This document shows positions 31,726-41,041 of a stretch of DNA of 64,000 nucleotides, one piece after another. Source of the DNA: Bacteroidota bacterium (GTDB lineage: Bacteria; Bacteroidota; Bacteroidia; Chitinophagales; Chitinophagaceae); assembly GCA_018268105.1 (NCBI GenBank), contig JAFDXG010000108.1, positions 6,619-70,618 on the forward strand. The letters run 5' to 3'. The stretch's first letter is position 1. Each line of letters begins with the position of its first letter. The translations under genes were made by a program, and so were the position numbers. Below the pieces are notes generated by a model, which did no database searches, was not told the DNA's origin, and worked only from the letters and a program-made list of their open reading frames with translations.

Positions 31726-32325
31726 CTAACAATCCCCATCTCGGCTATCTTTCTGCAATTGTAATTGTTCCCGGCAAAATTCATTAAAAGTAACTTCGTC
31801 TATACGTTCCCGTCCTGGTGCTGTTTCGCGCTGAATGAGTTTATTATTTCTGAAATCCATAGTAAAAAGACCATCCTTCAATACAACATTCGAGAGCTCA
31901 TTCCAATGATATCTTTTTCGGAAGAAGGTATTAATGACAATTTGCTCATCTGAAACACCTATTTCAAGTGGTTGCCTCGACTGATGATCAAACAAAACAA
32001 AAATCACAAATAAAATAAATACCCATCTGAGACCCGGAACCCACAACCATATAAAACCGGTAATCAAGAGAGGATGTTTGAAAGTAATACCTGGATTTTT
32101 TTTCCGCTTAATATTTATAGTACGAATCAGCGCTGCCGGAATCAGGAAGCTTCCCAGGAAAAGAAGGGTAATAAAACTGTTGTTAGTATAGGAAAGAAAT
32201 AAAAAGAACAGAAAAGAGATTACACAAAGCGAGATACTGATATAATCACTGTTTACTGTTTTTTCTTTTTTCAAAATCAGCACGTACTGAAACAGGTCAG
32301 AGGTTTTTACTTTTGAGTTACTCAT
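31726..32325 (-). CDS. Hypothetical membrane protein with a soluble C-terminal domain
   Basis: 199 aa with 3-4 TM helices. Its ATG overlaps the stop of the upstream arginase-family gene (TGATG). Confidence 0.45.
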   Translation of the reverse strand: MSNSKVKTSDLFQYVLILKKEKTVNSDYISISLCVISFLFFLFLSYTNNSFITLLFLGSFLIPAALIRTINIKRKKNPGITFKHPLLITGFIWLWVPGLRWVFILFVIFVLFDHQSRQPLEIGVSDEQIVINTFFRKRYHWNELSNVVLKDGLFTMDFRNNKLIQRETAPGRERIDEVTFNEFCREQLQLQKDSRDGDC

Positions 32326-33386
32326 CAGATGTTTGCTACAGTTAGGTTACATAATTTGAAGAGTACTCTTGCCCCTACATTTTCATCCCATTCGTTGCTG
32401 CTGGTGCCGGTTTCACAGAGATCGAAGCCGATAATTTGCCTGCCGCTGTCCAGGATTTTCTTAAACAGGTAATATAATTGTTCTGCTTCAAAACCACCGG
32501 GTACCGGCATCCCGGTATGAGGGCATAAGGTGCGATTGAGTCCGTCAATATCAAAGCTGATATAAACTTTTTGAGGAAGGTTTTCAATGATTTGTTGTGA
32601 AATTGTTTTCCAGTTATGTCCTTCGTATAATAGTTCTTTTATTTTTTTATCAAAATAAGTTACCACTCTGTCCTTGTTGTTCTGAATATATTCCCATTCG
32701 CTTTCACAAAAATCTCTTACGCCAATTTGCACCAGCTTTGAAACCTCGGGAACTTCCGCCAATGCATTATACATAATAGATGCATGTGAATATTTCAGCC
32801 CCAGGTATGCTTTGCGCAGATCACAATGGGCATCTACCTGCAATATTCCAAATTCACCATGTTTTTCGGCTATCGCTTTATAAAATCCGAGAGGAACACT
32901 ATGATCGCCACCCAATATTCCTATCAGCTTGTTGTTGTTCAGCAGTGTTTTTGTTTGGTCATAAACCCATTCATTTAGAAATGAGCACCCTTCATTTACT
33001 TCTTTAAGGGTTTTGCACATGAATTTATTGTTGTCTAAGTTTTCACCCTGGGAAATAAAGTTGATATACAATTCGGCTTCCTTTCGCAGATAATCACTTT
33101 TTTGTAATATTTTTTTATCCTGCTCACGCAGAAAGAACCCTTTTTTCCATCCGTTGCAGATATCAATATCAAAAATATCAACGTGCAGGCTTGCTTTTTT
33201 AATTCGCTCTGGAGCACGGGCTGTTCCTGCAAGATAGCTTACCGTCACTTCCCAGGGTACAGGTAAAATTACCAGGCTTGCTTCTTCTTCAGATGTGGGT
33301 AATCCAAAAATATTGTAGTTAGGATTGCCTGATGTATTGGGATCAAATTTCGAAAGGTTCATGATCTGAAATGTCTGTTTTTTCAA
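32325..33386 (-). CDS. Arginase/agmatinase/formimidoylglutamase family ureohydrolase
   Basis: 353 aa with canonical Mn-ligand motifs GGDHSV, DAHCDL and SFDIDGL. Confidence 0.8.
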   Translation of the reverse strand: MKKQTFQIMNLSKFDPNTSGNPNYNIFGLPTSEEEASLVILPVPWEVTVSYLAGTARAPERIKKASLHVDIFDIDICNGWKKGFFLREQDKKILQKSDYLRKEAELYINFISQGENLDNNKFMCKTLKEVNEGCSFLNEWVYDQTKTLLNNNKLIGILGGDHSVPLGFYKAIAEKHGEFGILQVDAHCDLRKAYLGLKYSHASIMYNALAEVPEVSKLVQIGVRDFCESEWEYIQNNKDRVVTYFDKKIKELLYEGHNWKTISQQIIENLPQKVYISFDIDGLNRTLCPHTGMPVPGGFEAEQLYYLFKKILDSGRQIIGFDLCETGTSSNEWDENVGARVLFKLCNLTVANI

Positions 33387-33558
33387 AAGCGATGCAAGTT
33401 AGGAACGTTTTCCAAATTAAAATGCAAGGCAAGGTATAGAACGCTACCCGGATTAATAAAGTTGCAAGAACAAATAATTGAATTAATATTAACTATAAAC
33501 ATATATAAAGTGAGTTGTTTTTTGGAGTAATTTTGCGAAATTCAACCGGATTTATAAA

Positions 33559-33981
33559 ATGAAAAGAATACATATTATAGCCCTGGTAATGATTGCGGCA
33601 GCCATTGCTTATATGCTGGTAACCATGTCCAAAGATCTTACCACTTATGATACTATTGCTTCAGCCCGTCAAAAGCAGGGACAATTTATTCACCTGATTG
33701 CTACTTTAGACAGATCTAAACAAATAGAGTACAACCCGGTTGAGAATCCCAATTACCTTGCATTTTATGCTGTGGATAGCCTGGGTGGAAAAACTAAAGT
33801 TGTATATCATAGCGCCAAACCACCAGAACTTGAAACGAGTGAAAGAATTGTACTTAAAGGTAAAATGAATGGCGATGTATTTGATTGTAAAGAAATATTA
33901 CTTAAATGTCCTTCCAAATACAAAGACGATCCTGCGCATCAGGAAAAAGAGTTAAAATATAAAACGCAGGAGAATCAATAG
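33559..33981 (+). CDS. ccmE: Cytochrome c maturation heme chaperone CcmE, CXXXY variant
   Basis: 140 aa with an N-terminal anchor and an OB-fold pattern. KEILLKCPSKY aligns by eye to E. coli KEVLAKHDENY, placing Cys where the heme-binding His normally sits. Confidence 0.8.
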   Translation: MKRIHIIALVMIAAAIAYMLVTMSKDLTTYDTIASARQKQGQFIHLIATLDRSKQIEYNPVENPNYLAFYAVDSLGGKTKVVYHSAKPPELETSERIVLKGKMNGDVFDCKEILLKCPSKYKDDPAHQEKELKYKTQENQ

Positions 33982-33986
33982 TTTAC

Positions 33987-36443
33987 ATGGTTTATCAAGG
34001 CGAACATTTATTGATTGGTCAAATAGGACATTTTTTTACCCTATTATCCTTTGCAGCTTCCTTAGTGGCTACATTTTCTTTTTTTAAAGCCACCCAGGCG
34101 TCTAAGCCGGAAGATCACAATGCATGGAAAAAACTGGCGAGGACCTCTTTTTATATTGAGATTTTTTCTGTGCTTGCGATTTTTATCTCACTATATATCA
34201 TTCTGTACAATCACTATTTTGAATACCTGTATGCTTATAAACATTCTAAACGTAGCTTGCCCGTAAAATATCTGCTCAGTTGTTTTTGGGAAGGCCAGGA
34301 AGGCAGTTTTCTGTTATGGAATTTCTGGCACTGTGTATTAGGGTCGGTAGTGATAGCTACTGCAAAAAAATGGGAAACCCCGGTAATGACGCTTGTTTCG
34401 CTTGCACAGGTGTTTCTTGCAAGTTTTTTAATAGGAGTATATTTCTTTGATATAAAAATCGGAAGCAATCCATTTGTGTTGGTGCGCAATGAACTCCCTT
34501 TTGCTTCTGCTCCAATATTTCAGGATCCGCAGTATCTCAGCAAATACTGGCACGACGGTAACGGGCTTAATGTATTATTACAAAACTACTGGATGGTGAT
34601 CCATCCTCCGGTTATTTTCCTTGGTTTTGCTTCCACGCTTTTCCCGTTTGCTTTTGCATTTGCGGGACTTTGGAAAAAAGACTATACTGGTTGGGTTAAG
34701 CCTGCCATGCCCTGGGCACTTTTTAGTGCAGCATTATTAGGATTGGGTATAATGATGGGAGCCGCATGGGCTTATGAGTCGCTCACATTTGGTGGTTATT
34801 GGGCATGGGATCCGGTAGAAAATGCATCACTGGTACCCTGGTTGATAATAGTAGGTGGGATACATGTGATGCTGGTAAATAAATCTACCGGCTACTCCTC
34901 AAAGGCAGTCTATTGGTTTCTGTTTTTAAATTTCATATTGCTGGTATATTCCACTTTTCTTACCCGTACAGGCGTACTTGGCGATACTTCTGTCCACTCA
35001 TTCACGGGAGAAGGTGATTCTCTGTTCTGGCACCTTATACTAATGATGACCCTTTTCACGGGTTTGTTTCTTGTTATGTATTTCAAAAATCAGAAGCATA
35101 TTCCTGTTGTAAAAAAAGAAGAAGATATCTCATCAAGAGAGTTCTGGATGTTTGTTGGTGCATTGGTGTTTTTTATTTCGGCTGCCTATATTACTTTCTA
35201 TACTTCTCTTCCGGTAATCAACAAAATATTCGGTACAAACAAAGCAATTGGCGAGGATCCTGAATATATTTACAACAGGGTGATGGTACTGATAGCGGTT
35301 GTACTCGGACTGCTGACGGCTATTACCCAATATCTGCGATACAAACAAACACCCCGGTCTTTCTGGATCAAAAAGATCATTGCCCCCACTGCTATAGCAT
35401 TACTGATATCGGTATCCATTAGTTTTTTTGGAGGAATTACCTACGATAAATATGGTATTGGTTATCTTGGTGCAATACACCTCGCTATGTTTGCTTCTAT
35501 TTATGCAATTATAGCCAATGCAGCATATATCTGGTCTGGACTGAAAGGAAAACTAAAAGCAGCCGGAGGTTCTGTTGCACATGTTGGATTTGGATTGGTG
35601 CTGGCGGCAATACTGATTACCTCCTCAAAAAAAGAAGTGATTTCTATTAATCGTACCGGTATTATTATTCCAGGGCTTCTTGATCCTAAAGGAAAAGAAG
35701 ACAGTGGTATGGAAAATATTACGCTGATACAGGGTGTACCTACTCCGATGGGTAAATACATGGTTACCTACCAGGGCGATTCCACACATCCCGGTGATGA
35801 AAAGTTATACTTTAAAGTAAACTATATCAGGGAAGATTCGGCTACCGGCAAGATAAAAGAACATTTCAATCTTTACCCGGATGCTTTTCTTATGAAAGGA
35901 GAAGGGGGAAGAACCAGTTTATCTGCAAATCCCGATTCGCGTCATTACTGGAATAAAGATATCTTCACATTTATCACTTCTATGCCCGATCCCTCGAGCA
36001 CTAAGGATACTGCCAGTTTCAAAAATCGTCTGGTAAAATCTGGCGATACCATTTTTTATTCCAAAGGTTTTATTTTGGTAGATCAGATAATAGAGGCTAA
36101 TAAAAATACAAACAAAGACCTGCCGCTGGTTGACAGTGCCTGGCTGGCAGATGTTACCGTACATAGTGTAGACGGCAGAACCTATAAAGCTTCACCGGCA
36201 CTCTTTAGTAAAGACGGTATGCCAATGCCAAAGCTGGATACAGTAATGTCGCAAAGCCTCGTATTGCAGGTAAATAAAACTCAAAGCGGGGTGGAACTTG
36301 GTGTAAAAGAATCAAGTGCCGTAATGAAGTATATTACCTTAAAAGCATTTCAGTTCCCCTATATCGGACTACTCTGGCTGGGAATCATTATTATGACCAC
36401 GGGCTTTTTTATTAGTATGTTGAATAGGGCCAGAAAGGGGTAG
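33987..36443 (+). CDS. ccmF: Cytochrome c-type biogenesis protein CcmF (heme lyase), long form
   Basis: 818 aa and polytopic, with the WWD motif GGYWAWDPVENASLVPW. It starts 6 nt after ccmE. Confidence 0.85.
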   Translation: MVYQGEHLLIGQIGHFFTLLSFAASLVATFSFFKATQASKPEDHNAWKKLARTSFYIEIFSVLAIFISLYIILYNHYFEYLYAYKHSKRSLPVKYLLSCFWEGQEGSFLLWNFWHCVLGSVVIATAKKWETPVMTLVSLAQVFLASFLIGVYFFDIKIGSNPFVLVRNELPFASAPIFQDPQYLSKYWHDGNGLNVLLQNYWMVIHPPVIFLGFASTLFPFAFAFAGLWKKDYTGWVKPAMPWALFSAALLGLGIMMGAAWAYESLTFGGYWAWDPVENASLVPWLIIVGGIHVMLVNKSTGYSSKAVYWFLFLNFILLVYSTFLTRTGVLGDTSVHSFTGEGDSLFWHLILMMTLFTGLFLVMYFKNQKHIPVVKKEEDISSREFWMFVGALVFFISAAYITFYTSLPVINKIFGTNKAIGEDPEYIYNRVMVLIAVVLGLLTAITQYLRYKQTPRSFWIKKIIAPTAIALLISVSISFFGGITYDKYGIGYLGAIHLAMFASIYAIIANAAYIWSGLKGKLKAAGGSVAHVGFGLVLAAILITSSKKEVISINRTGIIIPGLLDPKGKEDSGMENITLIQGVPTPMGKYMVTYQGDSTHPGDEKLYFKVNYIREDSATGKIKEHFNLYPDAFLMKGEGGRTSLSANPDSRHYWNKDIFTFITSMPDPSSTKDTASFKNRLVKSGDTIFYSKGFILVDQIIEANKNTNKDLPLVDSAWLADVTVHSVDGRTYKASPALFSKDGMPMPKLDTVMSQSLVLQVNKTQSGVELGVKESSAVMKYITLKAFQFPYIGLLWLGIIIMTTGFFISMLNRARKG

Positions 36444-36574
36444 GGTTTGTGGTTTCGGGTTTATGGTTTGAAGTTTAGAGTTCTGAGCAGAGTGGAGAGG
36501 TTATGGGAATGGTAAACTCCAAAAAGATAAACCCCAAAAACAGTGTACATATCTATTCTCCTATAGTATAATTG

Positions 36575-37612
36575 TTATCTAAGTTTTTGGACCAACATAC
36601 ATGAATGTTGGTTGATTTTGTAGTTATTGTAGATTAGAAAAGTTTGTGCATTTGGTTTTATAGTACCTTTTTTTATTAATTGGGAAAAGTCTTTTTCATG
36701 CATAGCGCAGGTTAACCACAAAGCTAATGCGGAGGAGGTTGGAAATTCCCCGGTGAAATGTTTATATCTGACAACATCTGTTGTATTTTCAAAAAGAGAT
36801 TCTGCTGCTTGATAAAATTTCAGTGTTCTGTTATCTCCGTTTTCGCCGGTTATTAATACATCAATATCTGTTGCTGATTTCAAATGATTTTTAATAAGGG
36901 AATCAAGAAAGGTTTTTACCTCCTGTTCATCTTGGGTATGGAGGGTTTGCACTGCTTTTAATTCTGCCACAGCGCCTTGTGCCTCGTTGTTCATTAAAAA
37001 CATTGCTGCGCCTTCACCGGCAATGCTGCCGGATGAATTTGTATCATAAAGATTGTCTGCTGAATAAAATGATTTTTTGTACCAGCCCGCCAGGTAATCT
37101 ATATTATAATTGTAATCTGATATTTCGTCAACTGCCCCCACTATATAGCTGGCTGCAGAATGTGTCTGAAGCATCAGTATAGTGTCCAGCAGTGCATTCT
37201 CAAACGACAGTCCGCGGTGCACATGGGTAATATTATATCCTTTATTTGCTGTCATAAGTCCCAGTTGTGCGGCTATGGCATTAGGCGTACTTTGCACAAA
37301 ATTGCCAGGCGTCAGCAACCCTTCTTCATAGTCAATAATCTGATTGAGGAATTTGATACAATCTTCCATGCCACCATTTGCGGTTCCCAGTATGATACCC
37401 TCAACATTGGGCTGACTTTTTACTATAGGTATTGCAGCGCCTATTCCCATCCGCACTGCTTTACCCATCCTGCGAAGAATACCTGAAGGTATCCCATCAT
37501 ATTTGGGTTCCCTCGCTTTCAGTTTACCCTCAACCGGGAGATGTAATAGCTGAATATTAATATCTCCGAAAGTATCCTGTGCAGATATGCAGGTGTGCTG
37601 GTGTATATACAT
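36575..37612 (-). CDS. Ketosynthase-like chain-length-factor type protein with no catalytic Cys (flexirubin/aryl-polyene type)
   Basis: 345 aa with a thiolase-fold pattern. It has FVQSTPNAIA where the active-site Cys would sit, and I saw no HGT/GH motifs. It lies downstream of a canonical KS on the same strand. Confidence 0.7.
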   Translation of the reverse strand: MYIHQHTCISAQDTFGDINIQLLHLPVEGKLKAREPKYDGIPSGILRRMGKAVRMGIGAAIPIVKSQPNVEGIILGTANGGMEDCIKFLNQIIDYEEGLLTPGNFVQSTPNAIAAQLGLMTANKGYNITHVHRGLSFENALLDTILMLQTHSAASYIVGAVDEISDYNYNIDYLAGWYKKSFYSADNLYDTNSSGSIAGEGAAMFLMNNEAQGAVAELKAVQTLHTQDEQEVKTFLDSLIKNHLKSATDIDVLITGENGDNRTLKFYQAAESLFENTTDVVRYKHFTGEFPTSSALALWLTCAMHEKDFSQLIKKGTIKPNAQTFLIYNNYKINQHSCMLVQKLR

Positions 37613-37724
37613 TGTTACAAAAATAGGGTTTTGGAGGTATAAGAAATGGGCTTTGGACTGTGAGCTTTAGACTCAGGGTTTGGGGTTATTGACTTTTAGT
37701 TTTGCAAAAAGACAGATACCCGCA

Positions 37725-38081
37725 ACTTATTTAGAGCTTGCTGAATAACAGTTGATACATAATAATTTGGGGAAGTGGGGTAGTGGCTGACTAATTCCAG
37801 TAGTTTGAAAGAGTACCAATTGTAAGGATACAACAAAGCCACACATACACGAATATGTAGTGGAGATTCGTAAATGATTGTAATAAAATAGTGTGTTATT
37901 TCTATATCGGATTTGATCTGACAATAACACTGCTGCGAGGGTTGGGTTATAATTTTTTCAAAATGTCTGCAGTTTTTTGATACAAAGTACAATTACACGG
38001 ATGTAATGCACAAACGCGCCGCAGGCGTATTCGTGCATTCGTGGCATAGTATGAATATATGAGCAGTTGAACAGCAAGCCC
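37725..38081 (-). repeat. Copy A of a ~360-bp non-coding repeat element (core 37789-38040), inverted relative to copy B
   Basis: The reverse complement aligns by eye to 47822-48180. The ~252-nt core has about 16 differences including one indel, and the flanks are about 70-75% similar. It occupies the 516-bp gap between the KS and CLF genes. Confidence 0.85.
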
Positions 38082-38128
38082 TATTTTGCAATAGGATAAG
38101 ATTCATAGCCCACTGTTCACAGTACTCC

Positions 38129-39319
38129 TCACCCTGCCCAAGAAAAAATAAGTGAACTGCAATTGCCGCCAAATCCAAAAGAATTGGACATTATATGCTG
38201 CAATGGTACCTGGCTGTACTTCTGTACCGGAAGCAATTGGGTGGTTTCAATGGGTATTTGAAACCGAAGTGAAGGATATATTTCCTGGTGATGGAGGCAC
38301 AAAATGCTAAATACAGCTTCTATGGCTCCAGCGGCTCCAAGAGTATGTCCAGTGTTGGCTTTTGAAGAAACAAAGGGTGGTGGTGTTCCAAACAGGCGGA
38401 TCATAGCTTTACTTTCTATAAGATCATTGTTTTCTGTAGCCGTACCATGTGCATTGATGAAGCTGATTTGGGCCGGTGATAGTTTTGCTGTTTCAAGTGC
38501 CAGTTGCATTGAAAGAAAAGGTCCATCACCATTATCAGAAAGTGAAGTGGGGTGAAAAGCATCATTGCTATTACCAAAGCCGGAAAGGACAGCATATATT
38601 TTTTTATTTTTTATATTCTCTTCTTTTTCCAGCACCAAAAATGCAGCGCCTTCACCAAGATTAAGTCCTTTTCTGTTTTTGTCGAATGGTATACAAGCTT
38701 CCGGAGATAGGATATGAAGTGCATTAAATCCGTTGATGGTAAATTTTGCTATACTATCTGCACCACCAACGATAGCCCTTTTTGCAAGTCCCTGTTGCAA
38801 AAGTTTTGCCCCAAATATAATCGCATTTGCCGAAGAGGAACAAGCGGTATTTATTGTGTTTATGATACCTTTTATCCTATAACGTTGCTGCAGAAAAATA
38901 GTGGCTGAGGAACAGTCATAGGAAGATAAATAGGGAGAGCCATCCTGTTTTTTATTGGCATCGTGATACAATTCGTCTGTGAGGCACATTCCTCCTACGG
39001 TGCTGGCTCCTATAAGCGCAGTATCGGCGGAAGTAATATCTGTTTCATTCAACTGCGCATCCCTGCAAGCCTCTTCAAAAGCATGAAGGGCAAAAACATC
39101 AGTTCGGGTAGTGCCTGGAGCCGTTGCCCCGAGTTTTTCTTTCAGTTCTTCTGTTGAGTATTTTACCTCTCCGCAGGGTCTTAGCCCGCTATAGCGCGAA
39201 TCACAAAAATGAAGAGTTGAAATACCACTTACACCATTGATCAGGGCTTTTCGGTTTTGAGCGGTATGGTCACCTATTGCGCTGATAATTCCTAAACCGG
39301 TAACAGCAATTCTACCCAA
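38129..39319 (-). CDS. Beta-ketoacyl-ACP synthase (FabF-like KS) of the polyketide/aryl-polyene type
   Basis: 396 aa with the active-site Cys in TACSSSANAI, histidines in NAHGTAT and NTGHTLGAAG, and a C-terminal SFGFGGNCSSLIF. The start appears to be TTG at 39319. Confidence 0.9.
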   Translation of the reverse strand: MGRIAVTGLGIISAIGDHTAQNRKALINGVSGISTLHFCDSRYSGLRPCGEVKYSTEELKEKLGATAPGTTRTDVFALHAFEEACRDAQLNETDITSADTALIGASTVGGMCLTDELYHDANKKQDGSPYLSSYDCSSATIFLQQRYRIKGIINTINTACSSSANAIIFGAKLLQQGLAKRAIVGGADSIAKFTINGFNALHILSPEACIPFDKNRKGLNLGEGAAFLVLEKEENIKNKKIYAVLSGFGNSNDAFHPTSLSDNGDGPFLSMQLALETAKLSPAQISFINAHGTATENNDLIESKAMIRLFGTPPPFVSSKANTGHTLGAAGAIEAVFSILCLHHQEIYPSLRFQIPIETTQLLPVQKYSQVPLQHIMSNSFGFGGNCSSLIFSWAG

Positions 39320-39330
39320 AATACATATTT

Positions 39331-39603
39331 TTATTTGGTTCGGTGTTGTTCTATATAATCAGCCATAGTATTAATATCTACCAGCACTTTGCGGCCTTCT
39401 TTCGGATCCTGTATATTGATGCCATATTCCCTCGACAACAAAACAATCAGTTCAATAGAATCTATTGAATCTAAACCCAACCCTTCACCAAATAAAGGTT
39501 CATCGTTTTTGATATCTTCAGGCTTTTTGTCGGTAAGATTAAGGAATGTAATAATCTGTTGTTTAAGCTGCTGTTTCAACTGCTCTTTGTCAGTAGTCTC
39601 CAT
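39331..39603 (-). CDS. Acyl carrier protein
   Basis: 90 aa with the phosphopantetheine attachment motif GLGLDSIDSIEL. Confidence 0.85.
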   Translation of the reverse strand: METTDKEQLKQQLKQQIITFLNLTDKKPEDIKNDEPLFGEGLGLDSIDSIELIVLLSREYGINIQDPKEGRKVLVDINTMADYIEQHRTK

Positions 39604-39604
39604 G

Positions 39605-40885
39605 TCAAATTAAATTTTTTCTTTTCAGTCCGAATAATGAAAGGATTTGCAATAATAGGGTTATTGTCAATAAAGGTATAATATTCGATAAAATATCTTT
39701 TAATTTTCCTCCCTCCAAAAATAATCCGTAATAGGCTTCCAAACACCAATGCAACGGGGAAAGCTGAATGATATATTTGAATGAGGCAGGCATGGCAAAT
39801 GAAGGTACGAGCAGTCCGCCAATAGCTGCCATAAGTACAATTGAAACAGCGCCAAATCCGTTTGCCTGTTCCTGTGTATTGGCAAATACACCTACGCATA
39901 TTGCAAATGACGCGGCACACCAGCCACAAATGATAGTAACAATTATTAGTGCGCCAATATCATTTGGTACATTGAGTGCAGGCAATCCCATACTGGGGAA
40001 TAACCATCTGCCTATGGAAAAAATAACTGCTGCCTGCAAAAAAGTAACAAGTATATAAGTGAGCTGTTTGGAAATAATTGCGATACCGAAATGGGTAGGT
40101 AGGGTTCTCAGTCTTATAATACTGCCATTGAGTTTTTCTCTTACAACACTACTCCCCAATGAAATTACGATGAAGAACATAGCAAAAATAGTCCAGGCTG
40201 GTATATTATGTTGGGTGGCATTAGGGATTCCCAGCTCCTGATTTTTAGATACAGCAATCGTCCTTACCGGTGTTTGGTTCACTACGATTTGATTTTCCAG
40301 ACTGTCTGGAATATTTTCATTATTTATATGATGATACAGACTTTTTACGATGTACTTGCTTTGAACAGCCTGCAGGGCACTTTGCAGCCCCCCATCAATG
40401 CTTTTGCGAAAAGACTCCTGTAAAACCGGGTGATAGTATATAGTAATAGCTGTTATGGAATCGGGATAGGAGATAGTGCTGTCAACGGGCAGATCGAGGT
40501 CTTTGAGTGCTTTTCTCGAAACATTATTTGCATTTTTCAGTATCAGGTCTGAGTAATGCGGAGGGATGTCAATAGCTACAAGTGCCGATTTGGTATTGAC
40601 CATACTTTTTAAGGCTGCACTGTTTTTGATATCGCCGGGTTTGTGGATATTAAACATGCCCACTTTATTCAATGCATCTTCAAGCGTCAGAGAAACCTCC
40701 TGGTTGTCTTCATTATACAGGAGTAATGGTATTTTATTTTCATTTACCAGTTCAAAAGTGCTGTTTTGAACAGATGCGATCACAATAGCCAGTACAATAG
40801 GCATTATGAACATCAATGCAAGCCCAATTCTGTCGCGGGTTAAAATCCGTAAATCTTTTAATATGGTAATCCAGAGCTTAAACAA
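39605..40885 (-). CDS. ABC-2 type transporter permease
   Basis: 426 aa with one N-terminal TM helix, a large loop and a C-terminal cluster of 5 TM helices, which is the typical ABC-2 topology. It follows the ABC ATPase. The start appears to be TTG at 40885. Confidence 0.75.
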   Translation of the reverse strand: MFKLWITILKDLRILTRDRIGLALMFIMPIVLAIVIASVQNSTFELVNENKIPLLLYNEDNQEVSLTLEDALNKVGMFNIHKPGDIKNSAALKSMVNTKSALVAIDIPPHYSDLILKNANNVSRKALKDLDLPVDSTISYPDSITAITIYYHPVLQESFRKSIDGGLQSALQAVQSKYIVKSLYHHINNENIPDSLENQIVVNQTPVRTIAVSKNQELGIPNATQHNIPAWTIFAMFFIVISLGSSVVREKLNGSIIRLRTLPTHFGIAIISKQLTYILVTFLQAAVIFSIGRWLFPSMGLPALNVPNDIGALIIVTIICGWCAASFAICVGVFANTQEQANGFGAVSIVLMAAIGGLLVPSFAMPASFKYIIQLSPLHWCLEAYYGLFLEGGKLKDILSNIIPLLTITLLLQILSLFGLKRKNLI

Positions 40886-40889
40886 GCAG

Positions 40890-40917
40890 ATTTGAAATTT
40901 GAGGTTTGAAATTTGAG
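40890..40917 (-). repeat. Tandem 14-nt repeat immediately upstream of the permease start
   Basis: The minus strand reads CTCAAATTTCAAAC CTCAAATTTCAAAT and ends 4 nt before the TTG start (CTGC spacer). Confidence 0.8.
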
Positions 40918-41041
40918 ATGTTCATCTTTAATTATGCAACTTTAATATTTAATAAACTTTATAAAAATTTGTATTTGAATAATTTATAGCTTTTAGAGCT
41001 GGTTTATTAATTTCTAAATCTCAATTACATATTTTAAATCT

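Noticed and set aside
37727-37930. A same-frame small ORF is conserved in both repeat copies. It spans 39 codons from ATGTGTGGC and reads MCGFVVSLQLVLFQT(T/A)GIS...CYSAS(S/F)K, ending at the same TAA. The copy B equivalent lies within 47963..48175.
   Set aside because: The first 45 nt are identical at the DNA level, so they say nothing about selection on a protein. In the diverged 3' part most codon changes are non-synonymous (about 10 against 3 synonymous). The reading frame upstream of the ATG is broken by an indel between the copies. This is not enough to call a gene, though it is worth a ribosome-profiling check.
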